From a bacterium (GTDB taxonomy: Bacteria > SAR324 > NAC60-12): a stretch of DNA of 64,000 bases. The position numbers were made by a program, and so were the translations under genes. Position 1 is the stretch's first letter, and each line of letters opens with the position of its first letter. Location of the stretch: NCBI GenBank assembly GCA_965209155.1, contig OZ242383.1:2880001-2944000 (forward strand). The letters run 5' to 3'. This document shows positions 31,081-41,269 of this stretch, in pieces. The notes beneath the pieces were generated by a model that saw nothing but the letters and a program-made list of their open reading frames with translations, was not told the DNA's origin and made no database searches.

Positions 31081-32022
31081 CTAGGGGGAAAGGTTTAATT
31101 TGGGTTTCATCTCACTCATGCCATACTGACCCCGAGCGACAAATCCTCTTTTGGGCGCATCAATGCTGCCATAGCCATTAAACGGTTTGAAACCGATCAA
31201 GGCCAACAACTCCTCCGTGGCCTCTGCCAGCACTTCAGGAGAGGTGCCCAGTAAGAAATTCTCCTGCTGCCGGAATTGCGGGGCGCAGAAGTTGGTCGTC
31301 AGCCCGATCCGGGGATGATCGCTGCGGTTGACCCCGGTCGAATGCCAGATCCGTCCTTCGAAAAACAGGGCGGATCCTGCGGGAGATTCTACTGAGATCC
31401 AATTGGCCTCTTCATCGAGTTCAGGGTCGGGTTGACGGCCGAAAAGATGGCTGCCGGGGACGACCAGCGTGGCCCCATTGTCTTCCCGAAAATCATCGAG
31501 CATCCACATGGCATTGCAGACAAAGGCGGGGGCGATGGCAGGCAGGTTCATGGTGGCCTCCCCCCCAACATGGTGTCCCCGATACTCTTCAGCGGTGATG
31601 GACCCAGGCTTTATCAATGTCCTTTTCTGACTATTGGTTGGCGGAGGCATCCACCATTGATCGGTATGAAATACCTTGCTGCCCCCCGGGTGGGCAATAT
31701 GGCCTTTATAGGAACTGAGCAAATAGACGGACCCCAGGATGTGAGCGGTCATCTCCCGTATGCCGGGGTGGAACAACAAGTCGCGGAACCCTTGCCCTTT
31801 GTTGATTAAAAAATCGACGAGTTGTTTCTTGTCTTTCAACAGGGTAGTGATTCCCCGTTGCGCTTCCGCTTCCGCTTGTTCCAGCAATCGTGCGCGCAAG
31901 ACAGCAGCTTCCTCCGGGAGGATGGCATTGGCCAGGATGCAGTAGCCAAACTCATCCACGTGGGCTTTGGCGAGGGTCAGGTCCGTGATGGGTTGCGGGT
32001 AGATTTTGTTGGTATGGGTCAT
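31081..32022 (-). CDS. Phytanoyl-CoA dioxygenase (PhyH) family Fe(II)/2OG dioxygenase
   Basis: HTD, WMLDDF..NGAT..VPGSH, WHSTG, RQQEN. Confidence 0.9.
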   Translation of the reverse strand: MTHTNKIYPQPITDLTLAKAHVDEFGYCILANAILPEEAAVLRARLLEQAEAEAQRGITTLLKDKKQLVDFLINKGQGFRDLLFHPGIREMTAHILGSVYLLSSYKGHIAHPGGSKVFHTDQWWMPPPTNSQKRTLIKPGSITAEEYRGHHVGGEATMNLPAIAPAFVCNAMWMLDDFREDNGATLVVPGSHLFGRQPDPELDEEANWISVESPAGSALFFEGRIWHSTGVNRSDHPRIGLTTNFCAPQFRQQENFLLGTSPEVLAEATEELLALIGFKPFNGYGSIDAPKRGFVARGQYGMSEMKPKLNLSP

Positions 32023-32050
32023 AGGAGTCCTATTTTGCTTTGCGATTGTA

Positions 32051-33007
32051 TCACTTTTTTTTATTTTTGTAGCTACCGGTCCCCCCTCTCAAACTGGGGT
32101 CAAGTAGGTCTCTGACGGCATCTCCGAGCATATTGATGCTGTATACCGCGATAGCGAGGGCGAGACCTGGCCATAGGGCAAGCCAAGGCGACCGCAGCAT
32201 GTATTTGAGTCCGCCTCCGCTGAGCATGCCCCCCCAACTGGGAGTGGGCGGAGGAATCCCGAAGCCTAAGAAGCTGATAGTGGACTCTTCTATAATCATC
32301 CAGGCCATTCGTGTCGTCAGCAGGACAATGATGGGCGCCATCACATTAGGCAGGACATGTCGTAAAAGAATGGAAAAATTGGTAGCCCCAACGCCCCGTG
32401 CCGCTAACACATACTGGTTCTCTTTAATGCCAATGACCGCCCCTCGAATTGTCCTGGAGCCGCCTATGCCGGTTGTAACGCCCAGGACGACGATCACCTG
32501 CACCAAACCAGGTCCGAGGACCGCCATCACGCTCAGGACTAAAAACAAACCCGGGAAGCACATCCAGGCATCAACGAAGCGCTGGGTCACCATGTCAAAT
32601 CTGCCACCGAGATATCCGGATAAGATGCCAATCATTGCAGAGATGACGGTGGCCAGAGCGGAAGCAGCCAGACCTACGGTCATGGAGATACGGGCGCCAT
32701 GAATAACGCGAGTGAAGGTATCGCGTCCGAGTTCATCCGTGCCCATAAGATGTTTGAAGGAAGGGGATTGGAGTCTGTCAATCAGATTAATTTCATCCCT
32801 GGCATAAGGGGTCAGCACGTCGGCAAAAATCCCGGTCAGGATCAAGAGGATCACCAACACGCCACCCACCGTGCCCAAGGGCTTCTCTCTCACCAGTCTT
32901 ATCACCAGATCGACCAGCAGAGACCTTCTCTTTGACTCGTTCAAAACTCCCAGTGGGGTTGGGTTCGAATCTTCAACTGTTGCTGCTTTGGTTTCTCGAT
33001 TCATCAC
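32051..33007 (-). CDS. Peptide/nickel ABC permease (DppC/OppC-type)
   Basis: GTDELGRD, GARIS, RHVLPN, SFLGFG..PSWG, GDAVRDLLDP. Confidence 0.92.
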   Translation of the reverse strand: MMNRETKAATVEDSNPTPLGVLNESKRRSLLVDLVIRLVREKPLGTVGGVLVILLILTGIFADVLTPYARDEINLIDRLQSPSFKHLMGTDELGRDTFTRVIHGARISMTVGLAASALATVISAMIGILSGYLGGRFDMVTQRFVDAWMCFPGLFLVLSVMAVLGPGLVQVIVVLGVTTGIGGSRTIRGAVIGIKENQYVLAARGVGATNFSILLRHVLPNVMAPIIVLLTTRMAWMIIEESTISFLGFGIPPPTPSWGGMLSGGGLKYMLRSPWLALWPGLALAIAVYSINMLGDAVRDLLDPSLRGGTGSYKNKKK

Positions 33008-33120
33008 TTAATCCTGGAATCCCAATAGACCTGGCTCAGGTCAAAGAGCAGAATGACTAACGATACTTAATCCGGGGATCCAAATAGGCATAGCTCAGGT
33101 CAAAGAGCAGATTGACGAAC
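33006..33120. repeat. Degenerate tandem duplication of the permease 3' end
   Basis: 33006-33061 vs 33065-33120, 48/56 identical by manual alignment. Confidence 0.8.
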
Positions 33121-34004
33121 ACAACAAACATGGCAATCAACACGTTGAGCCCGGCCAGGGCCACATAGTCTCGATGACCGATAGCGATCAGCAGGTACCG
33201 ACCCAAGCCAGGCAGGTTGAAGATCTGCTCCAGAACAACCGTTCCTCCGATCAATGACGGGATCATCACCGATATCAGACTGACGACAGGGATCAGTGAA
33301 TTTTTCAAGGCATGCCTCAGGATGACCACTTTCTCCCTGAGCCCTTTTGCCCAGGCCGTTCTGATGTAGTCCTGCCGCAGAACCTCCAGCATCATGCTGC
33401 GGGTCATTCTCGTGAGCGTCCCCGCCAGAAGCATGCCCAGAATGGTAGCTGGAATGAGGAATTGGAACAGGTTTCCCGCGGGGTCATCGGTAAAAGCAAT
33501 GTATTCCAGGTGCGGCGTCCAATCCAACCAGATCGAGGGGTATACCATGATTATTATTGCGAGCCAGAAGCTCGGCACGCAAATAGCGAGGGTTGCTGCT
33601 GAGCGGGTGATATAGTCGCCTGCAGTATCCTGCCGCATTGCCGAATAGGTGCCGATGGGTACACCTATCAGTATCGAGATTATCAGTGCCAGGAGACCCA
33701 GCTCAACGGAGACTGGAATTCGAGGCAAAATATCATCGAGCACCGGACGGGTTGTCCAAAGCGAATTCCCCAGATCTCCGCGCAGCAATTGCCCCAGCCA
33801 ACGTCCGAAGCGGATATGGACGGGTTGATCCAGACCCATGGAGGCCTTGATTTTATCAAGATCCAAGGCGCTATACTCCATTTGTCCGAATTGCGCATCC
33901 ACCACATCGCCCGGAATCAACTGGAACATCAAAAAGACGATGAGCACCACAAAAAAAACGGTCGGAATGAGGAGCAACAACCTTCTGATGATATAACCCG
34001 TCAC
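33057..34004 (-). CDS. Peptide/nickel ABC permease (DppB/OppB-type)
   Basis: YIIRRLL, GDLGNS, RSMMLEVLRQDYIRTAWAKGL, HALKN, YAYLDPRI. Confidence 0.92.
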   Translation of the reverse strand: MTGYIIRRLLLLIPTVFFVVLIVFLMFQLIPGDVVDAQFGQMEYSALDLDKIKASMGLDQPVHIRFGRWLGQLLRGDLGNSLWTTRPVLDDILPRIPVSVELGLLALIISILIGVPIGTYSAMRQDTAGDYITRSAATLAICVPSFWLAIIIMVYPSIWLDWTPHLEYIAFTDDPAGNLFQFLIPATILGMLLAGTLTRMTRSMMLEVLRQDYIRTAWAKGLREKVVILRHALKNSLIPVVSLISVMIPSLIGGTVVLEQIFNLPGLGRYLLIAIGHRDYVALAGLNVLIAMFVVFVNLLFDLSYAYLDPRIKYR

Positions 34005-34042
34005 AACACTTTGCTAAGTTCGTATTGTGTTCATTGCGTTTA

Positions 34043-34079
34043 AACACAGGGATCGAACTGTTTGCCTGACCCCTGTGTT
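34043..34079 (-). other. Stem-loop between the SBP and permease genes
   Basis: aacacaggg..ccctgtgtt 9-bp perfect stem. Confidence 0.45.
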
Positions 34080-34107
34080 GCTGAATTGTCAAACCTGTAG
34101 GCTCAAG

Positions 34108-35868
34108 CTACTTTCCCATCTCCGTTTTCATATCCTGGTCAATCCAGAGACGGGCATCTTTGGCACCCCAATAAAAGATGCCAGGAACTCCTCCTGTCTC
34201 AGTACCTCGGAGCCATGGTTGAGCGACGGTATAGCTTGCTCCCTGAGGCATGCTCACGAAAAACGCCTGTTCCATGGCCCGCCAGTTCATTTGCTTGGTG
34301 AGCTCCCAGCGCTTCTCATTGTTGAATTCAGCGCCTGCCTTGGCGTACATTTCGTTGTACTTCTTGTCATTGGTTATGCTCAGGTTATAGAGATAGCCCG
34401 GTGTGAAGGGAGTCGTTGTATCGAAAGTGCTGGACCACCAATGCCAGTGAACGACCATCTGATCGTACGTTTTGCCCAATCGCACCGTATTGTAGTCTGT
34501 CACTTCACGACTGTCGATTTTGACCTCGATGCCTACTTGGGCCATGTAGGCTTGGAAAATCTGTGTGAGTTCCGTATGTTCATCTATACTTGCAGCTAGT
34601 ATGTTCGTCTTGAATCTGATACCGTCCGCACCCCGAGGGTACCCTGCGGCATCAAGGAGTTTCTCTGCCTTTTCGGGGTTATAACTAAGGACCTCCTTGA
34701 CACTCACCCCGGCCGGATTGTCCTCAGGCCAAAGCGGCGCGTCAGGGTACTCCTCGGGCCGGACGTAGTTTGGCCAGCCTGGGTACATCAAGGTTAAGGG
34801 ATTCTGTATGACATCACCTTCAAAGATGCTTGCAGTTACTGCCTGCTTGTCCATAGCCATATTCATCGCCTGACGGACCCTCACATCGTCAAAAGGCGGA
34901 GTCTCGTTTCTCGGTTTAAATACTAAGGAGGCATCAACTCCACCCCTGAAATAGTTTAGCTCAGGGTTGCTTTTCTGGAGTTCCAATACATCCGAAACTG
35001 GTACATCATACATTCTATCGACCTTGCCGGTCCGCAATGCCGCTAGCTTGGTAATTTCATCTCCCATTATTATAAACTTGACCGCGTCGGCATAAGGCAG
35101 CTTGTTTTGCGGATGTCTCTCGTCGTAGCCCCAGTAGTCCGGGTTCTTTTTCAGGAGTACCGAAGAGTCAAGGACATAGTCTTCGAATATGAACGGCCCC
35201 GTCCCTATATCAAACTTCCAGTCTTTGATCTCGTTGTCTTTCGGATCCGCAACTTCCGAAGGCACAATCAAAAACTTATCAGTACCGCCCAAGATCCTCT
35301 CTGCCATCTCGACTTTTCCCGGAGGCTTTAACTTGAATTCGAGTGTGTACTTGCCAGTCGCTTTTACCGTTTCTATCTCCTTAGCCGCGTTTTTGTCGGT
35401 CCACTCACTCGTCATATGGCGGTTATAATTCCAGGCAACATCCTCAGCGGTCAGTTCGCGACCATTAACCGGGGGCTTGTTGTGCCAGCGAACCCCCTTG
35501 CGCAGTTGGACCGTGATGCTCAAACGGTCTGAAGCAATCTGCCAACTCTCGGCCAGCATTGGACCCAATATCTCCACCGGATACCGATTCCCTGTGTGAG
35601 AGGAAGCCATCAACGCCTCTTTGTTTTCAGCCCAGTCGCCCCAAGCGAGCTTTTCAAAAACGTAGGTCAGTGGCTCCATACATCCGTAGCGAAGAATGTC
35701 GAAGTTATTACAAGTAACAGAACCTGGTTTGCGCGGGAGATTGATCGTCCCCCCGTATTTTGGCTCATCCGCGGCAAAGGCGTGAGGTGCTGCCAGCACA
35801 AAGGCCATCATCAGCAAATTAATTTTCTTGAAAGATCCAGATAGGATTCCCGTTTTTTTAATAGACAT
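34108..35868 (-). CDS. ABC substrate-binding protein, family 5
   Basis: Signal peptide, PKYGG, LAESW, LRKGVRWH, GTGPF, PPFDDVRVRQAM. Confidence 0.92.
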   Translation of the reverse strand: MSIKKTGILSGSFKKINLLMMAFVLAAPHAFAADEPKYGGTINLPRKPGSVTCNNFDILRYGCMEPLTYVFEKLAWGDWAENKEALMASSHTGNRYPVEILGPMLAESWQIASDRLSITVQLRKGVRWHNKPPVNGRELTAEDVAWNYNRHMTSEWTDKNAAKEIETVKATGKYTLEFKLKPPGKVEMAERILGGTDKFLIVPSEVADPKDNEIKDWKFDIGTGPFIFEDYVLDSSVLLKKNPDYWGYDERHPQNKLPYADAVKFIIMGDEITKLAALRTGKVDRMYDVPVSDVLELQKSNPELNYFRGGVDASLVFKPRNETPPFDDVRVRQAMNMAMDKQAVTASIFEGDVIQNPLTLMYPGWPNYVRPEEYPDAPLWPEDNPAGVSVKEVLSYNPEKAEKLLDAAGYPRGADGIRFKTNILAASIDEHTELTQIFQAYMAQVGIEVKIDSREVTDYNTVRLGKTYDQMVVHWHWWSSTFDTTTPFTPGYLYNLSITNDKKYNEMYAKAGAEFNNEKRWELTKQMNWRAMEQAFFVSMPQGASYTVAQPWLRGTETGGVPGIFYWGAKDARLWIDQDMKTEMGK

Positions 35869-36051
35869 AATTTCTCCTTTATTCTTATTTAGATTGAAGG
35901 GTAACTATTCGGTTCTCTGAAAAACCCGTTCAGTTAAATATCATTAAAAAGATTTCCGGAGAGGACTGATCGTTTTCAAGTCCTCCCACGATATGGTTCC
36001 ATCGATCGGGAACCCTCTCTTTCACTAAAACAACTTAGTGAAGGCATGATT

Positions 36052-36082
36052 TTGACAATATATATTTTTTGCATAATGTCAA
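36052..36082. promoter_or_regulatory. Palindromic operator/promoter candidate upstream of the SBP gene
   Basis: ttgacaatat..ataatgtcaa, 9/10 inverted; the minus strand reads TTGACA-16-TATTGT. Confidence 0.35.
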
Positions 36083-36254
36083 CCCCCAAATAAAAAAATG
36101 CAGAATTCGTAAAAAAAATTTAAAAAATCTATCAATCAGAGGGAGATCCGCTTCTTTATAATCATGAGCCAAAAAGCGAATGTTCACTCCACATTAGTGC
36201 ATAAGCCAAGTGACTGAACACAGGCCGAAAGCAATGCGCACGGGCTTTATATGG

Positions 36255-36277
36255 TTCTCGTGCACGTGTCACGAGAA
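36255..36277. other. Hairpin just downstream of the GH20 gene
   Basis: ttctcgtg-7nt-cacgagaa. Confidence 0.4.
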
Positions 36278-36296
36278 TGAAAGACGAGGAGTGCAT

Positions 36297-38171
36297 TCAG
36301 AAAATCGAATTCACAGGATGCGCAGTCTCCGCATATTCTTGCAGGTGAACCTCTAACATGCGGGTGCTGTCCCGCAGTCCACCTTCACGATTTCGTATCA
36401 TCCAAATGCGTCGATATTCTCCCAGAAAGGCGATCAAATCCATTGCCAATCTTTTTCGGGTATTCGAGTCAGCAGTCGTTTTTTCCCGAATCGCCATTCC
36501 TCGTTGACAAGCATATAAAAGAAATTGAGCGGCATTTCTACATTCGTCGGCAACCAGCACCGCATCCGCTCTTTGGCTCCTGGCCCATTTCAGGGGTTCC
36601 ATTGTTGCAAGTATAAACTCAGCGGTCTGTTGCAAAGTGATGCAGGTAATCCCTTCCGAAAGATTTTGAGTTAAAGGACGGACCAAAAGGTGGAAAAGAG
36701 CACTGGCATTTTTAACAAGCTGCCCGACTTGCAGGTAAGTATTTCCTAATTCATAGACCAACCCTCCCATCACTCTGGCGCGATCTTGAAAGATATGGAG
36801 ATCAAGCGCCGGGACAAAATTCATTTTCTGATTGGTCTCATAACACCAGGAGAAAGCGGCACCTGCAGCAATTCCTAAAAAACTGAAGGGCAAATGCTGC
36901 CAATGCCCTTGATCCCCCCAATCCGTGATCAAATAACCGATTGCTCCATTTTTCCTTCCGTAGAACGCGGCATTTTTCAGATTTTCGAGACAGTTTTTGC
37001 TACGTCCTGTTATGCTGCGCCAGGATGAGGTACCCGGGCAAACATAAATCGGCAATCCAGCTTGCGCAAAGGATTTGCAGTGATCGTCAAAAGGGTGATC
37101 GGCTTCATAACCCCATTCCAAGGGGACCACATTATCAGGCAATTTTCCTATCAACTCCGGATACTGGATAATTATGTCTCCCCAGAAATGCATAGTTAGT
37201 CCTTGATTCGAAACGAGCCGATGCACTTGCAGAAGAAATTCCAGGTAGACGGGGCCCACTCCCTTTTGCCGGCAGAGTTCTTTGTTTTTTCCTTGTCCCA
37301 AATCCAGGCACTCGTCCAATCCCACATTAATTTTACGGCTTGTGAAATGTGGGAGCAATTCGGCATACAACGCCTCTAGCAGTTTCAGAGTTCGGGGATT
37401 GCGGGGGTCCAGGCTGAATGGTTGCTCACTTCGTCCTCCCCAAGGCCATTCGAATCCGTTTGGACATTCCGCCAAATGACGGTAACGTGAAATTTGAAGC
37501 CAGCGCTGCCAATGGCCCAGAGAATTCTGGTTGGGAACCAGCTCGATAAACCGTTTGCGACAAAAGGCATCGAGGCGCAAGACGTCCTCACCCGTCAGCG
37601 GACTCGCTTCTGCCCAGACTTCCGGATGATCGCGATAGGCGAAGGTATGCTCTGTGTACAACTCCAAATGATTGATTTTCAATTCTGCCAGTTGATCAAT
37701 CAATGTAAAAAGAGTGGAAAGCGTAGGAACTTTATCCCGGCTTATATCGAGCATTACTCCACGTACCGGGAAATCCGGATAATCTTCCAATATGCAGGTG
37801 TGAAAAAAACCTGAATTTTGGCGCAGCCACTGTTTGAGCGTCATCACCCCGTAAAACAATCCGGCACCATCTTTGGCCAACACCTCGATTTTCCGAGTGG
37901 TGATGCCGAGACGGTAACCTTGGGGCGGAACAGGCGCACCAGGAGTGATCCGCAGGACGATACCTTCCTGAACCTGTTGAGTTGCATTGATTGCATTCAA
38001 TTCCAATTGAATCCTCAGTTGTTCCCGACATGCTTGCTGTAAACACAGGGCAATGGGGAACCAGACGAGAGGATCGCCTTGACCAACGAGAGGTTGGCGG
38101 GGCATCAATCGGAAAACCCCTCCTTGAAAAATCAAATGGCGTGGTTGTGGAATGAGCGTCAATTCATCCAT
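36297..38171 (-). CDS. Glycoside hydrolase family 20 (beta-N-acetylhexosaminidase-like)
   Basis: LIPQP, GLFYGVMTL, DYPDFPVRGVMLDISR, catalytic GLDE, TDWGD. Confidence 0.88.
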   Translation of the reverse strand: MDELTLIPQPRHLIFQGGVFRLMPRQPLVGQGDPLVWFPIALCLQQACREQLRIQLELNAINATQQVQEGIVLRITPGAPVPPQGYRLGITTRKIEVLAKDGAGLFYGVMTLKQWLRQNSGFFHTCILEDYPDFPVRGVMLDISRDKVPTLSTLFTLIDQLAELKINHLELYTEHTFAYRDHPEVWAEASPLTGEDVLRLDAFCRKRFIELVPNQNSLGHWQRWLQISRYRHLAECPNGFEWPWGGRSEQPFSLDPRNPRTLKLLEALYAELLPHFTSRKINVGLDECLDLGQGKNKELCRQKGVGPVYLEFLLQVHRLVSNQGLTMHFWGDIIIQYPELIGKLPDNVVPLEWGYEADHPFDDHCKSFAQAGLPIYVCPGTSSWRSITGRSKNCLENLKNAAFYGRKNGAIGYLITDWGDQGHWQHLPFSFLGIAAGAAFSWCYETNQKMNFVPALDLHIFQDRARVMGGLVYELGNTYLQVGQLVKNASALFHLLVRPLTQNLSEGITCITLQQTAEFILATMEPLKWARSQRADAVLVADECRNAAQFLLYACQRGMAIREKTTADSNTRKRLAMDLIAFLGEYRRIWMIRNREGGLRDSTRMLEVHLQEYAETAHPVNSIF

Positions 38172-38314
38172 GAATAACTCCGATGGTCGTAAATGAAAAA
38201 ACAGGATATTCGCATCAACGCAGTGTTACTGAAGGACTGTTGTAGTCGATGCTGAAGCCCCGACTTCAGCGACAACGGAGGACAGCGGATTCAAGACTGT
38301 CGGGACGAAGGATT

Positions 38315-39556
38315 TTATCGATGGCAGTTAAAATATTGATCCGAGGAGGTCTGATCCGCAGACTCCTCATCTAAAGGAATGATCATCTGGACCAGAGTGG
38401 TGCTGTCTCCAATGGCTTGACCTTGTTCCACGTCCAGAAAGAGATTGATAGTGGGACCTTTCAAATAAATTCCTTCTCGATTGATTTCAGCATCACCCTC
38501 TAAAATAATCTTCTGATCCGTTTCACTCACATGCGCCTTTTCTGCTCTCGCCGCCCTGCCTGGTTGCTGGAGACAGACATCCTGCTCCGCAATACTGGCA
38601 ACCAACTCCCGATCTTCGTTGAAAAGCAAGATTATCTTTCCTGCTTTCAAGTAGAGCTCAAGCTGGGGTCGCGTTATTTCGACATTGCCTTCAAAAATTG
38701 CCTGCTTTTTCTGGTTATCAATTAATGCGCGCTGAGCTTGAATAATGGAAGGTGGCGGCTCCGGAACCTCGGAAGACGTCCCTGCGTCTTCGAGTCTGTA
38801 TTCGACCTTTACGCGATGGTTGGAGTCTCCCACTACCTCAGAAACTCCCGCCCTGTGGTCCAGGTATGCAGTTGAGCCATAAAGGACGATTCCTTCGTCT
38901 TCGATGACGACGCTACCCAGCAGGTCCAGCTTCTGTGTGGCACGATCATAAATCGCGCGATCGGAGGTGACCTTTCGTTGCAACTGGATCACCTGCACGT
39001 TGTTATCAGCAATGATCTTATTGTAACGCTTGGATCCTTCTGTAACAATTCGTACCTTATCTGCAGAAAAAATGATATCATCCTTGGGAATGCCACCTTG
39101 TACGCTTCCTGTCAGCAAACTTTCTCCTTTTTCAAGATCAACCTCTGTTTTCTCCGATTGAACCCATAGTTTATTCAGCATTGCATGCTTGAGGATCAAG
39201 TCGATTTGCTCCGCTTGTGGCGCATTTCGCTCCGGGTCCCGTATGCCTTCCAAGATTTTCACAAATTCGGTTTCAGAGGTATAAAGCTGATTGAGCAATG
39301 GACGGAGCGCATCCAAAAGAGACTGGGGCACATTTTCCTGTCCTAAGGTTTGCAGGGTTCTTTCCGTGATTCTGAAATTTTCCGCTTGCTGATTTGCGTT
39401 AATGGAGACAGCTGAAGTCATCACCCCGAGACAAATAAGGCCGCAGAGCATGAATTGGCACTGAAGTCGACGCCTCGGCTTCGATGCCCGGTACGGTCCT
39501 TTCCCGAAGGAGAGGATACGAAAATTCTTGTTGCGATGGTAATCAAATGGTATCAC
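38315..39556 (-). CDS. LptA/OstA-family LPS transport protein with repeated beta-taco segments
   Basis: Repeated IIADNNVQV / AIFEGNVEI / IILEGDAEI segments; downstream of pyrG; start uncertain. Confidence 0.7.
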   Translation of the reverse strand: MIPFDYHRNKNFRILSFGKGPYRASKPRRRLQCQFMLCGLICLGVMTSAVSINANQQAENFRITERTLQTLGQENVPQSLLDALRPLLNQLYTSETEFVKILEGIRDPERNAPQAEQIDLILKHAMLNKLWVQSEKTEVDLEKGESLLTGSVQGGIPKDDIIFSADKVRIVTEGSKRYNKIIADNNVQVIQLQRKVTSDRAIYDRATQKLDLLGSVVIEDEGIVLYGSTAYLDHRAGVSEVVGDSNHRVKVEYRLEDAGTSSEVPEPPPSIIQAQRALIDNQKKQAIFEGNVEITRPQLELYLKAGKIILLFNEDRELVASIAEQDVCLQQPGRAARAEKAHVSETDQKIILEGDAEINREGIYLKGPTINLFLDVEQGQAIGDSTTLVQMIIPLDEESADQTSSDQYFNCHR

Positions 39557-41216
39557 TTTCTTTTTCCTTTTCAGGCGATGAAGCAAAAGCTTCAGCACCA
39601 AATACTTCGGATTGATTCAATTCACTTTTATAACGGTATGATGCCGCGATGAAAGCGGCAAAGAGGGGATGGGGTGTTAATGGTTTCGACTTGAGTTCCG
39701 GGTGATATTGACATCCGATAAACCAGGGATGATCGTTCAATTCGATCGTTTCCACCAGATTTCGCTCCACGTGATGTCCGGAAAAGACCATGCCGGCTTT
39801 TTCCAATCGAGGAACGAACTCATTCATCACTTCGTAGCGGTGACGGTGTCGTTCGACGATATGTTCAGTTTGGTAAATGGACGCAATGAGCGTTCCCGGT
39901 TTCAATTCGGCAGGATAAGCTCCGAGGCGCATGCTGCCTCCCGTTTCCTCAATTCCCTCCTGCTCCGGCATCAAATCGATGACATTTGCTCTGCCTTGGG
40001 GGGTGAATTCTCCGGAACTGGCGTGGGCGATCCGGGCAACGTTACGCGAAAATTCAATCACTGCCAGTTGCATCCCGAAACAAATACCGAAAAAAGGAAT
40101 TTTTTGAATGCGAGCATAGTGAACCGCCTCTATTTTCCCTTCAGTCCCTCGTTCTCCAAATCCTGGAGCAACCAGAATCCCATGCGAATTTTTCAACAAC
40201 TCCAACACGGTGCCCCGCTCCAATTCTTCAGAGTTGATATAGAGCAATCGAACACGTAACTGATGCGCAATACCTCCATGAATCAACGCTTGATTCAGGC
40301 TTTCGTAGGAATCACGATGCTCGACGTATTTTCCGACAAAGGCAATAGTCACCTCGTCGAGTGGATTCTTGAAGCGATCCACCGTGTCGGCCCATGCTTG
40401 CAATTTTGGACGGGCTGTCCACATGCGCAAATATTCCACGATTTTTGCGTCTAAACCTTCTTTATGAAATATGAGAGGCACTTCATAGACGCTATCCGTA
40501 TTTCTGCCATTGATCACCGCACCTTCCTCCACGTTCGTGAAAAAGGAAATTTTCTTTTTAATGTTCTGGGGCAAGGAATGACGAGTACGACAAATGAGAA
40601 TGTCGGGTTGGATCCCGATTTCTCTCAATTTACCCACGCTGTGCTGTGTTGGTTTGGTCTTCATCTCTCCATTGTCGACGTAAACAATCAAAGTGAGATG
40701 GATAAAGAGCGTGTTTTCCCGTCCATAATCGTGACGGAATTGGCGAATGGCTTCCAAAAAAGGCAGGGATTCGATATCCCCGACCGTCCCTCCAATTTCG
40801 ACGATGGCTATATCCGTGTTTTGAGATGCCTGTCGAATTTTACCTTTAATTTCGTCAATAATATGAGGAACCACCTGGATCGTTCCTCCCAAATATTTTC
40901 CGGCTCTTTCCTTGCGAATGACGGCGTCATAGATTTGACCGGTCGTACAGTTGTGTTTGCGAGTGAGAGTTGCATTGGTAAAGCGCTCATAATGTCCCAA
41001 ATCCAAATCGGTTTCTGCTCCATCTTCCGTGACAAACACTTCTCCATGTTGATAAGGATTCATCGTACCCGCATCGACATTGATATAAGGGTCCAACTTC
41101 ATCAGTGAAATGCTCAATCCCCGGCTTTCCAACAAGGCGCCTATGGATGCTCCCGCAATTCCTTTACCCAACCCGGAAACCACGCCTCCTGTAATAAAAA
41201 GCATTTTCGTCTGCAT
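39543..41216 (-). CDS. pyrG: CTP synthase
   Basis: ITGGVVSGLGKG, DLDLGHYERF, KTKPTQ, GICFGMQ, ERHRHRYE, QYHPE. Confidence 0.97.
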   Translation of the reverse strand: MQTKMLFITGGVVSGLGKGIAGASIGALLESRGLSISLMKLDPYINVDAGTMNPYQHGEVFVTEDGAETDLDLGHYERFTNATLTRKHNCTTGQIYDAVIRKERAGKYLGGTIQVVPHIIDEIKGKIRQASQNTDIAIVEIGGTVGDIESLPFLEAIRQFRHDYGRENTLFIHLTLIVYVDNGEMKTKPTQHSVGKLREIGIQPDILICRTRHSLPQNIKKKISFFTNVEEGAVINGRNTDSVYEVPLIFHKEGLDAKIVEYLRMWTARPKLQAWADTVDRFKNPLDEVTIAFVGKYVEHRDSYESLNQALIHGGIAHQLRVRLLYINSEELERGTVLELLKNSHGILVAPGFGERGTEGKIEAVHYARIQKIPFFGICFGMQLAVIEFSRNVARIAHASSGEFTPQGRANVIDLMPEQEGIEETGGSMRLGAYPAELKPGTLIASIYQTEHIVERHRHRYEVMNEFVPRLEKAGMVFSGHHVERNLVETIELNDHPWFIGCQYHPELKSKPLTPHPLFAAFIAASYRYKSELNQSEVFGAEAFASSPEKEKESDTI

Positions 41217-41269
41217 CACGTCCCTGAAACCCGCCTCCATTGCTTTATATCTTTCACGTACACGATGAC

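Noticed and set aside
33006..33120. DGR template/variable repeat pair
   Set aside because: Mismatches are not adenine-specific and there is no reverse transcriptase
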